From: Histomonas meleagridis 2922-C6/04-290x
Taxonomy: Eukaryota; Protista; Parabasalia
Direction of reading: 5' to 3'
NCBI GenBank assembly: GCA_020184695.1
Contig: JAANOX010000276.1
Span: 1-64,000, forward strand
DNA length: 64,000 nucleotides
Below, piece by piece: positions 45,057 through 55,532 of this stretch. Every line of letters starts with the position of its first letter. Position 1 is the stretch's first letter. Made by a program: the position numbers and the translations under genes. The notes below the pieces were generated by a model, which saw only the letters and a list, made by a program, of their open reading frames with translations, ran no database searches and had not been told where the DNA came from.

Positions 45057-45508
45057 TGTGCGGTACCCTTCGAACAGTAGTAAACTTTTAGATAGAATTT
45101 TCGTGGTTATAAATCTTTTTAATCAATAATTGATAAACTTATTAATATATTTTAATAACTGAAAAAATTGCATATATTTTACTATAAAGAGCTAGCTATA
45201 GGAAATTTTGTAATAAACAGACAAAAGAATTTTATCTTTGGTTAAGTGATCTATAAATTACAATATTTTAAACATGATAGTGAAGGTGATGTCAATGATA
45301 TGATTTAAAAAAATTGAATTTAATACTGAAGCAATTGTCACTAGAACTTCATCAAATCATAAAATGAAGAAAAAATATTGGAAACAAAGAAAAAAAGAAA
45401 TAAAGAAGATGAAGACAATGAATTTGAAGAATTGATGAATACAGATATGACAAAACATAATGTACAGAAATTTGTTCTTAGCCTCAAAATATTAATGTTA
45501 TGAATTGT

Positions 45509-46256
45509 TTATCCAATTTTGTCATATTCAGTTGTGGTATTGATTGGTTCTTTTTGACCGTCAGCGCCGCTAGAAGCGCCGCCCTTCATAGCAATTATCA
45601 AACCAATGCAGGCAGAGATGATTCCACCAATGAACCATGCAGCAACTGAAATAGAAATTCTTCTGCCAATTGAACTAGTTGATACGCAAACAAGAAGTGC
45701 TGCAATGAAAGATGTGATGAGATTTGATGTGATGTAAAGGATTGCTTCGTTAACTTTGTCAATTGATGCTGATTCAAGAACTGATGCTGCAAACAAATTT
45801 GTTAAATATGGCCAAAACACACAAACAGCTAACTCGATTCCAGCAACTATGATGAAGTAGACCACAGTTCTGTTTAAGTAATGTCCTATAAGGTGGAAAT
45901 TTTTCGGAACAGAAATAGCAACAATGCCTGCAAAAATTGCAGTAGAGGCTGCTATAATATATACCGTGCGACTCTTTGGATTGTCGTTGTGGAAGAATGC
46001 GTAAGAATAAACAAAGTCCTGCTAAAACAAGTAAAATAATTAAAATAATTATGCCATCTGCAATGCCTTTAATGAGAAATACTGCTAAAAAGGTAGAAAT
46101 AAAAGTGGTGACGAAACCAAGTCCAAGCAGCACCAACGTAATTGAAAGAAGGGAACGGATTTCCATTTTTTCGATTTGGGTTAAACTGTTTGAAAGCGTC
46201 AATTCAAAGGGCGCATCGTTTCTGTCAAATTTGACATATATCGATAGGACAGTCAA
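45509..46256 (-). CDS. Multi-pass membrane protein split by one frameshift near 46000-46020
   Basis: The upstream frame (…LVLAGLCLF) and the downstream frame (YAFFHNDNPKSRTVYIIAAS…AVCVFWPYL…YDKIG) overlap, and both read as TM helices. An M3-like GACCGTTT lies upstream at about 46273-46280. Confidence 0.6.
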
Positions 46257-46916
46257 ACATTTTTGAGGTTATTAAACGGTCGATTTAGTCAGTAAGGGGG
46301 TCCAACACCTTTAATGTTGCACTTCTTTGGTCTGTTCTAGGAAATAATAATAAGAAAAATATATTTGATAACAAGTTTTTCTGTTCCAATTTTTTAGGTC
46401 TTTTCTATGCTTTTTGATCGTATTTTCTTTCATTATAAACATTTTATCTCCAAATCAAATTATAATTTAATAAAATAATATCGTTGTATCAATTGTGATT
46501 ATTATGTAGTTCATTATATTTCGAAATCAATATTCATAATTTTTTGATTTTAAAATGAATAGGACTCAATATTAATCGAATATAAATCAAAATTAATAAA
46601 AAATTAAAATATACCATATAATCTTAAAAAATGTAATAGAGAGATTTTTAAACTTTTTAATTTAAAAGTTAAATTGATTATCTATCATGATAAAAAAATT
46701 AGAATTAAAATCAAAATAATTTAGTATTTAGCATAGAGCATTAATAATTATAAATATATTTTGGGTTTACAAATTAAGTTTATAAATGTGTATAAATTTA
46801 TTATTAACAAAACAATATTTTTATGGTGGCAACAGTTTGGAGTACAACTTTAATAACTCGTTATCTGTGGTATAATACATCACAATATATAAAAACAATA
46901 TTTTTTAAAAAATATT

Positions 46917-48899
46917 TTACTTTTTGTTCAAACTTAAGAAGAAAAATGTGTTTTGGCAAATTAGTACTAAAATTATTATTGCAAATAATAATTTCGATGA
47001 TACTTTTCTTGAACATGTTTTGATTCCATCTGTTTGTATACATTTATCTCCTGTTTGAACACATTTATCATCTGTTTCTATGCTTTTATCATCTTTTATG
47101 ACAGCAGAAATGTTTTTTTCATCATCATAAAAAAATTTCTCTTTTCTCATTTCTATTGGATTCTGAATGTTTCTTTTTGCTTCGGAAAATGATAAATTAT
47201 TATTTTCATTGAACTTATTTTGAAATAGTTTCATGACGTCATCTCTTTGCGTTCTATTTGAACTGAAACCATTGAACCCCATTGAATTTCCCGAATTTTT
47301 ATTTGTTTTCTTACCAGAATTTTCAACAGCTCCTTTTTTGCGAAGGAGTTCAATTATTTCTGTATGACCATTTTCAGATGCTAATATAAGTGCTGTTTTA
47401 AATAATTTAAATAATTTCCAAATATTATTTTGAAATCCAAAATTATTAAAATAAATATAAAATAAAACAAATAAATATTTTTAGTATTAATATCAATTCC
47501 TTCTTGTTCAAGAAGTAATTGAACTATTTCTGTATGACCTTTTAAAGATGCCCACATAAGTGCTGTGTAAAATGTTTGAAGAAATTTCCATTTATTATTT
47601 TGAAATATTAAATAATTAATATGTATTCTAAACATAAGAAAGTAATACTTTTCATATTGACATCAACTAATTTTCGTTCAAGGAATAATTTTACAATGTC
47701 AATATGATCATAATCACATGCAAGCATAAGTGCTGTTTGAAATAATTTTAATAATTTCCAAATATTATTTTGAAATCCAAAATTATTAAAATAAATTCCA
47801 AATAAAACAAATAAATATTTTTAGCATTAATATCAATTCCTTCTTGTTCAAGAAGTAATTGAACTATTTCTGTATGACCTTTTAAAGATGCCCACATAAG
47901 TGCTGTGTAAAATGTTTGAAGAAATTTCCATTTATTATTTTGAAATATTAAATAATTAATATGTATTCTAAACATAAGAAAGTAATACTTTTCATATTGA
48001 CATCAACTAATTTTCGTTCAAGGAATAATTTTACAATGTCAATATGATCATAATCACATGCAAGCATAAGTGCTGTTTGAAATAATTTTAATAATTTCCA
48101 AATATTATTTTGAAATCCAAAATTATTAAAATAAATTCCAAATAAAACAAATAAATATTTTTAGCATTAATATCAATTCCTTCTTGTTCAAGAAGTAATT
48201 TAACGATTTCTGTATAGCCATTTTGAGATGCATAAATAAGAGCTGTACAAAATGTTTGAAGTAATTTCCATTTATTATTTTGAAATAGAAAATAGTTAAT
48301 AAATTTTATAAATATAAGAAAGAAATACTTTTTATATTGACATCAACTAATTTTCGTTCAAGGAATAATTTTACAATGTCAAATTGACCAAATTCACATG
48401 CAAGCATAAATGCTGTATCAAATGATTTGTATATTTTTTAATATTTTTGAAATATAATTAAGTAATTTGAATAAATATCATATAAAACGAATAAATATTT
48501 CGAGCATTAACATCAATTCCTTTTTGTTCAAGAAGTAATTTAACTGTTTCTATGTGACCATTTTCAGATGCGCGCATAAGTGCTGTATAAAATAATTTAA
48601 ATAATTCCCAAATATTATTTTGAAATAAGAAATAAAACAAATAAATTCTAAATAAAACAAATAAATATCTTTAGTATTAACATCAACTTTTTCTTGCTCT
48701 AGGAGTTGTTTTACAATATCTGTAATACCGTTTCCAGCTGCTTGTATAAGTGGAACTCGAAATTATTTAAGTAATTCCCAAATATTATAAAATATCAAAA
48801 TCTTATAATAATTATCAAATAAAAGAAAACAATTTTTAGGTCATTGATATGGTTTCTTTTTTTCTCAATGAAAAGACTAGTTTCTAGTTGGTTTGACAT
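46917..48899 (-). CDS. Tail-anchored ankyrin repeat protein (array 3): 9 modules, each preceded by a non-canonical spacer
   Basis: ATG at 48899 (MSNQLETSLF...HINDLK). Modules start at an exact 170-nt period: 48756, 48586, 48416, 48246, 48076, 47906, 47736, 47566, 47396. The last module reads in frame into the 47282-46917 ORF, which ends with a C-terminal TM helix. Reconstruction. Confidence 0.75.
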
Positions 48900-49365
48900 T
48901 TTGAAAATGAAAATTCCTAATCAAAACCGTTCAATAAGTAGTCAATTTTCAGAAGTTTATGGTTAACTGCACCCACGAGCCAACCCATCCACAAACATAA
49001 ATCAACCAATTTTGATGTTTTATTCGAGACCAAATAAGCTCATTAGTTATGGCGCCCACTTTGTCTACTGGTATACCTTTTGTCAAAATAATTTCGAATC
49101 TACAAGAACTCATAAATTTATTTATTATATTAATTGCTTTCTACAAATTTACATAAATATATATTAATAATGTTCGTACGAACTGTATATATTAATACCC
49201 AAAACATGAACAAGTTCTCCAGGAAGTCGAATTTTCGTTTATTTTATCGTCCTACCAAAAGCCACATAAACCATGCAAAATCCACTTTTTCATTAACAAA
49301 TAACAACAAAATTTATATTTACATATGATTAAAAAAAGGTTCCAGAAATTGTATTACAAAATTTA

Positions 49366-50685
49366 TCACCAACCAAAATAAATTTTTTGTTTCATAGGTT
49401 TACATTGATTCGGTGTTATACATGGAACATCTCCAACTTCAATATATGGAAAGAATGACTTATTTCCACAACATTGTAAGTTCAGTTCCATTATTAAACG
49501 ATTCCAATTACTATTTAAAGTGCCAATCACGTGCTTCACGTCAATTGACTCCTTTAAATTAGCAAAAGAAGTCACTGCTTCTCTATAATGATCACTGATT
49601 TTATATAAGTTAAATCCGCCTTCTGTTCGTTTGTAATCAAAATATGAAAAATCGAATTCATCCGAATATTTCAAGATTTTATCAATTGCATTTTGATCAT
49701 CACTACTTACGAAAACGGAAATTTTTTTATTATCATAAATTTTCTTTAATACTCTTAAAGGGTATATGAAATAGTTCGGATCAACAACTTGCATTTCCAA
49801 ACTTTTATCGCCGCATCGGATATGGACTGATACGTCGTAATGATTTTTAGGGTTTACTAAATGTTCTTTTCGGAATTTGAGAATAATATCATTAAACTCG
49901 TCGTTAAACTTGGTGAGAAAAAATGCTGTTTGAAGACGCCAATAATAATAATATAATGACTTCGGCGTCGCTGTGTTTTGAATGATATCTATGATTCGCT
50001 TTGGTACAAGTGTACGCGCATATATACCTGTCTTCATATACTTCGGATTAGAGAAGTTGATCTCTTCGGGCCTTACCGAACATGATGATAAAGGTTTGAA
50101 GTAACAATCAAATAATTTCTTGCCGTGACAATTCGGCGTGTTAGAAAATGCATAATGATATCGAGGATCATATATTACTGTGCGATTAAGTTCAAGACCT
50201 CGGCCAATATAAGTGCCAATAACATGGATATATGAACCAATGCCTGACGAATAAATGTTTGGAATAAAAAGAAAGTTTCGTTCACTACAATTCTTGGGAA
50301 ACTGATTTTCATAAATGATCTTTTGAACTTCTTCTGTTCCTGGAATACCTTGTTTCTCTGGTGGATATGGATTATCCAGTGTAGGATCAAAAAAAAAGAC
50401 TTTCTGATGCATTGTATGATAAGGATATAGATGATCGAATATCGCTAGAAGTCGTTCTTTGGTATAATTTTTCTCTAGCATCTCTTCATATAACTTGTAC
50501 TGAAGCGTGGTGTTATCAAACTCGGAAATGGGTGAGAAGCCATTGACATATACTAGGCGATGTAATTTATCTTTATCTGTGTAAAAAACTGTAATAAATA
50601 ACAATAATGTTATCGTAAACAAAGGGATAAATATGAGAAAACTTTTACATTTTGTCTTTTGTTTCTTTTTCTCGATTTCATTCAT
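49366..50685 (-). CDS. GT23/FUT8-like alpha-1,6-fucosyltransferase, type II membrane protein
   Basis: N-terminal TM anchor; SGIGSYIH, VSVHIRCGDK, VFVSSDD and IGTLNSNWNRLIMEL match the alpha-1,6-FucT motifs. Confidence 0.7.
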   Translation of the reverse strand: MNEIEKKKQKTKCKSFLIFIPLFTITLLLFITVFYTDKDKLHRLVYVNGFSPISEFDNTTLQYKLYEEMLEKNYTKERLLAIFDHLYPYHTMHQKVFFFDPTLDNPYPPEKQGIPGTEEVQKIIYENQFPKNCSERNFLFIPNIYSSGIGSYIHVIGTYIGRGLELNRTVIYDPRYHYAFSNTPNCHGKKLFDCYFKPLSSCSVRPEEINFSNPKYMKTGIYARTLVPKRIIDIIQNTATPKSLYYYYWRLQTAFFLTKFNDEFNDIILKFRKEHLVNPKNHYDVSVHIRCGDKSLEMQVVDPNYFIYPLRVLKKIYDNKKISVFVSSDDQNAIDKILKYSDEFDFSYFDYKRTEGGFNLYKISDHYREAVTSFANLKESIDVKHVIGTLNSNWNRLIMELNLQCCGNKSFFPYIEVGDVPCITPNQCKPMKQKIYFGW

Positions 50686-50887
50686 ATTCGGTGTTTTCAG
50701 ACGGTTTTTCTTGGAAATTTTGGATATTTACCCACAGTTAACTCATTGAAAAAGTGGTATACGGTAGAATTTTAGACGAAAAAAAATATTTAATAAACGT
50801 TTACTTATATCTTAACAAAGCTTCTGAATTTCCTCAAACAAGAAGAATGTTATGACAGCAGACGAAGTAAACTTTTTTATTGAACGT

Positions 50888-51055
50888 ATTGCTACTTGAA
50901 ATCATTTAAATAATTTCCAAATATTGTTTTAAAACACTAAATTATCATAACAAAAATATACCTTGAACATTAGTACTAATTCCTTCTCACTCAAAAAGCA
51001 ATTTAGCTATATCAGTATAACCATATGTTGATGCGATCATAAGTGGAGATGAATA
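50888..51055 (-). pseudogene. Degenerate solo ankyrin module plus spacer
   Basis: SPLMIASTYGYTDIAKLLFE*EGISTNVQG with an internal stop, followed by a shortened spacer that retains TTTGGA-AATTATTTAAATGATTT. Confidence 0.6.
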
Positions 51056-51693
51056 TAATTATATCAAATTAGATTTAAGTAAAGTAAACATCAAATATAT
51101 AATACAATTACTCGACTCAAAAATTTTGGCAAACTTTCGAGTTCAAAAGATATGAAACTTATTCAAAGTAATTATGCCATCACCATTTTTTGAATAAAAA
51201 CGATTAATCGTTTGAATGCTTCCAAAATTTGATTCCAATGAATGATTTACTTGAGTAAAACACACAAAAGCTAGAGAATTGAGCATTTTTAAGTTTGAAT
51301 TACTAGAGAACGGTTTTGATCGGATTCGATTCTAAAAGTGTGGATAATATTAACGTATTTCCTGGTATTCAATTCCAATGTTTCAATAAATAACTCAGTT
51401 TTTGTCAAGTTAATCTTTACAAATCAAACCCCGCGGTGGGGCAAAAAAAGCTAAATAGGTCATTTTGGGACAGTCTATAAAACATAAACAAAATCCATCG
51501 AAAAAATCATGTTAACTCCTTCTTTTCCCGCTAATGTTTACTATGAATCATAGCATATGATCTACAAACTTTGAAATAGCATCTTTTGTAACAATTGTGT
51601 TGGGCAAAACTTGTGTAAACGTTCTATTTTTTATTTTTCATCTTGGCGAAGGGGCTCACATTCAATGCTTCCAAGATTTGAGCTTACAAGTCT

Positions 51694-51870
51694 AATGCTA
51701 AAAATATCTATTTGTTTTATTTAATATTTATTTTATTAATTTAAAAATTTATTTAAAAATGTTTGTAAATTATTTAAATTATGAAACTGCAGATATTCAA
51801 GCTCCTTTTAGAGGTCGTACAGAAATAGTTAAGATAATTCTAGAACAAAAAGGAATTGATGTATCTTGAA
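51694..51870 (+). pseudogene. Degenerate solo spacer plus ankyrin module
   Basis: NAKN, then an 80-nt spacer (51706-51785), then TADIQAPFRGRTEIVKIILEQKGIDVS*. The micro-exon position is decayed (TTTGTA, shifted). Confidence 0.6.
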
Positions 51871-52097
51871 TATAAGATATTTAATTGTTTTTAGAGAGAG
51901 ATTGAAGTAAAAACAACATTCTTTGTTTTCAGCATGAGTTTCTGTAAAGTTAATAAGAATACTTAAAAAATAATAATAATGATATTATTTATGTTTCGCA
52001 TTACCCAAATTATAAATGGTCCACATTTTTCATAGATGTGCAATCGTTTATTTCTTCAATAAATGAATTTCAATTATTTATTTAAAAAATGACATAA

Positions 52098-55000
52098 ATG
52101 GAATCATCATTCACAAAACTAAAAGGTATAAAAAATTTTTTTAAAGGAAAAGAAATTAAACAAATACAACTTTTTGCTATCGCCGAAAGTGTTTTAGTAT
52201 TTACTACATCAACTGACCCTCAACCAAATTTTTATTTTTTTAAAGATGATAAAGTAGCCACGCCATCAATTGATGAAACTGTTATGTACCAATATCACAT
52301 CGATAAAGTTTCTTCATTAGATATTTCACCATGTGGAAGATATGCAGTCACAGGTCATTCTAATGGTCAAATTATTTTATGGGATCCAAAACTTCTTATT
52401 CATATTACCTCATATTATATACCTACACACAGAAGCATCACATATACAGCAATTCGACATGATTGCAAAGCAATTTTAATCTCTTTAAATAATTTTCAAT
52501 TACATCAATATATGATTATTTCTCCAATGAACTATCTCACCATCAAACAGGGTGATCAAATGGTGTTTGAGTCTCGTATTACTGGAATCAAAGCAGCATC
52601 TTCATGTGATTTATCCATTCATTTTTTTATAGTTTCTTTCACAGACAAGATTATTATCATAAGGTCAGAAGAAGATATGACTCAAATTGTAGACATTCCC
52701 TTTGTTACGCCTCTTATTAACATTATTGGAAATGATTACAAATTTATCGTTTCAGTTGCTACAGAAGAAAAAATAACACTTGTTCAAATTCGTGAAGATG
52801 GTGAGCATACGGAACTTTACTCACATGTTTTTGATTCCAAAATCAAATCCGTATCGTTTCTATCGTCGCATCATCTTTTAATTAAGTTCAACAAAAAAAT
52901 CTTAATTTTACATACATTAGGAGAAATTTGTTCAACTATTCCACTTGATTCAGCAACTGATGAAGCTACTTCATTAGGGAATAAAATATTCCTCACACCG
53001 CATTACCAAATAACATTCAAAACTTGGAAAGATCACATTTCACAACTTTACGAAAATAAACAATTCAAAACTGCCATAACAGAAGCTTATTCCATATTCA
53101 CAGATAAGTCAATAATTTACTATTGTGAAAATAAAGATGAAATTGTAGAGCTTGTCAAGTCTATCATGATTAGTTTCCTTAAAACAATTCAAGGAGATCT
53201 TTCACAAATACAATTTATCGCAAAATACTCAATCGATTTTGGCCTCTTTGAGTATATTTTGACTGTTGGTTTCTCGCATATTCCAGAAGAAACTCAAAAT
53301 CTCCTTGCTATTGCAATGCTTGATTTTGCGAAGAATCATTCATATTTAACTTCAACCTTATTTCGAATTGTTTCAAAAATCAAAACTCCTTTTACAGATA
53401 CACTTGAAGATGCACTTTTAAAAGTATCTCTTCCTCCTTCATTTACTGAAGAAATGATATCAATTGCACAATCTCTTCATTTTAACAGGTTAATTTTTCA
53501 TCACTTTGATTGTGTGTTTGGTGATATTTTCCCAGCATTTTCTCTGATTATAGATAATGGATTACCATCTGAAATTTCATTTGCGATACGCCATGTTTTT
53601 CTTTCAGGCAACTTTACACCATCCAAGACACTTACATGTACTATGTGGTTATTTACCCCCGATTATAGTCGTCTTCGTAAATGTTTTTCATCCGATTGGA
53701 TAACCGCCGCCGATTATATTCAAAATGTACTTTTTCAATGTCCTATTCAATTTTCGTCTATTCAATCGTTAAATCTGAATGATGTAATATCTGTTTCATT
53801 ATTATGTTTTACCAATGCGCCACTTGATAAAGGCACGAACCTGTTTGAATTATTAGCCAGAGCAACATTAGAAAACAATGTTATTATACCAAGTGAATCA
53901 ATTAACACTATTTTGAATTTCATTTTTAATAATAATAAAGTTACAAGAACATTACGCGAAAAGTTATTGTTAAAAATCATTAACAATGATTATAAAAACG
54001 AAATGAAACTCATTGACTTTAACGAAAGTATTATAACTTCAGGTTTTATTAATGCATCTCGGATTATATATGAAAGTAATAAAGATTTCAGCTCATATAT
54101 AATAGCAATTTTATTTAGTGATAATCCTTATGATGCGTTAACGATTCTTGAAGAAAATGACACAATAACTATTGACATATTATATCTCTGTTTCATTCCG
54201 TTACTTCTACTTGATGCAAAACGGTTTATTAAGTTAATCATTGAAAAATTCAGTGCTTTACACCCAAAGTTCATTAATGAAATTGAAAACCCAAATTTGA
54301 TATCTATTTATTATGAAAGTTTAATAGATTGTGGATATGCTAAATATGAGGATTATATTTATTATTTGTTGTTTATTTCTAAGGTCGATACTAATAGATT
54401 TGTTGATTTTATTATCAAGAAAAAAGCCGAAATTGTTAACGATAACTTATTGAAACTTTTTGAAGACAACAAAATTTACATCGGATTAACGGTCGTTTAT
54501 ATGACACTTTTGAATTGGATTGAATCATACAAATTTTATTTGAAACATTTGAATGAAAACGGTTTATTTAATGTAATCGTTTCAAAAAAATTAATCGAAA
54601 ATATATTGGATATTAATGAAAATCCCACTGAAGCTTTATGTAAAATTTTAAGACCAATTATAAAAAGCATTAATGTTGATGATAATATAAAATTAATTTT
54701 AGATTTAATAAAATTAGCAAATAATAAAATGAAGACATGTGAAGTGATATCGGCTGTTTTGTCGTTATCGTTGGGGTGCTCCAACACTAAAATGAAAAGT
54801 GCTCTACTGGCGTACGTTAAAAAGGTTGGCGGTTGTTGTTTTGTTGAGCAGTCATCGTTAACCGCCGATGTAAAATTCAGAAAGAACATTGAAATGATTT
54901 ACGAAAAGTGCAACGGGAAATCAATTTCAGATGGAAAAGTTTCAGCTGTAAATACTCAAAACGGAATCGTAGTAATATCTACAATCGAAGAACAAAAAGG

Positions 55001-55133
55001 AGAAGAAATGGATAAAGAAACATCAGATGAAATTAAATCAGCATTACAAAGGGCTGAATCGATTCTGATAAGTCGAGGAAACAGAATTCCTCAGAACAAA
55101 GAAGCGACAGTTGTTCTTTTTACAAATAAATAA
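52098..55133 (+). CDS. Vps8-like WD40 plus alpha-solenoid protein
   Basis: N-terminal WD repeats (VSSLDISPCGRYAVTGHSNGQIILWD) followed by a long helical region. The family assignment rests on architecture only. Confidence 0.55.
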   Translation: MESSFTKLKGIKNFFKGKEIKQIQLFAIAESVLVFTTSTDPQPNFYFFKDDKVATPSIDETVMYQYHIDKVSSLDISPCGRYAVTGHSNGQIILWDPKLLIHITSYYIPTHRSITYTAIRHDCKAILISLNNFQLHQYMIISPMNYLTIKQGDQMVFESRITGIKAASSCDLSIHFFIVSFTDKIIIIRSEEDMTQIVDIPFVTPLINIIGNDYKFIVSVATEEKITLVQIREDGEHTELYSHVFDSKIKSVSFLSSHHLLIKFNKKILILHTLGEICSTIPLDSATDEATSLGNKIFLTPHYQITFKTWKDHISQLYENKQFKTAITEAYSIFTDKSIIYYCENKDEIVELVKSIMISFLKTIQGDLSQIQFIAKYSIDFGLFEYILTVGFSHIPEETQNLLAIAMLDFAKNHSYLTSTLFRIVSKIKTPFTDTLEDALLKVSLPPSFTEEMISIAQSLHFNRLIFHHFDCVFGDIFPAFSLIIDNGLPSEISFAIRHVFLSGNFTPSKTLTCTMWLFTPDYSRLRKCFSSDWITAADYIQNVLFQCPIQFSSIQSLNLNDVISVSLLCFTNAPLDKGTNLFELLARATLENNVIIPSESINTILNFIFNNNKVTRTLREKLLLKIINNDYKNEMKLIDFNESIITSGFINASRIIYESNKDFSSYIIAILFSDNPYDALTILEENDTITIDILYLCFIPLLLLDAKRFIKLIIEKFSALHPKFINEIENPNLISIYYESLIDCGYAKYEDYIYYLLFISKVDTNRFVDFIIKKKAEIVNDNLLKLFEDNKIYIGLTVVYMTLLNWIESYKFYLKHLNENGLFNVIVSKKLIENILDINENPTEALCKILRPIIKSINVDDNIKLILDLIKLANNKMKTCEVISAVLSLSLGCSNTKMKSALLAYVKKVGGCCFVEQSSLTADVKFRKNIEMIYEKCNGKSISDGKVSAVNTQNGIVVISTIEEQKGEEMDKETSDEIKSALQRAESILISRGNRIPQNKEATVVLFTNK

Positions 55134-55184
55134 ATGTTTTTATATGCGATTTTATTTTTGGCGTTTTCGGAATCAAAACGATCA

Positions 55185-55370
55185 TTTTGTGTTTGCAAAT
55201 GTTTGTAAATCCATAAATTTAAGTTCTTTTTTTATAAAGTAATTTTATTATGATGGTGACCATCATCAAAAGATAATTTTGTGTTTGCAAATGTTTGTAA
55301 ATCCATAAATTTAAGTTCTTTTTTATAAAGTAATTTTATTATAGTGATGATCATCATCTAAAGATAATTT
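55185..55370. repeat. Two-copy direct repeat of about 92 bp between convergent genes
   Basis: TTTTGTGTTTGCAAATGTTTGTAAATCCATAAATTTAAGTTCTTTT... occurs twice. Confidence 0.85.
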
Positions 55371-55532
55371 ATCACGATATGATGTAATGAAATCTGTTGT
55401 ACACAAATTATTTAATTTACTTTTTCTGCAACTAAAATTTTTGTATCTTTTGCATTAGGTTTGGTAATATTGACATAACATAAGCAGTCACACAAAGACA
55501 TTAAGAGATATTTACTTTTGAGCAAAGGTTTC

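Noticed and set aside
14955-48640. Short ORF-track entries over the arrays (e.g. 14955-15179, 15495-15746, 15811-16086, 44010-44300, 44711-44914, 47381-47635, 47748-47975, 48458-48640)
   Set aside because: They are fragments made of one module plus spacer-derived hydrophobic junk, not independent genes.
14431-48833. Sequencing or assembly error as the source of the spacers
   Set aside because: Errors would not produce 26 diverged yet homologous inserts at an identical codon position on both strands.
7694-54889. Other short or antisense ORFs overlapping real genes (e.g. 7694-8197, 11454-11639, 23737-23961, 39044-39226, 45976-46266, 54536-54889)
   Set aside because: They lie within well-supported genes on the opposite strand or in another frame and have no recognisable motifs.
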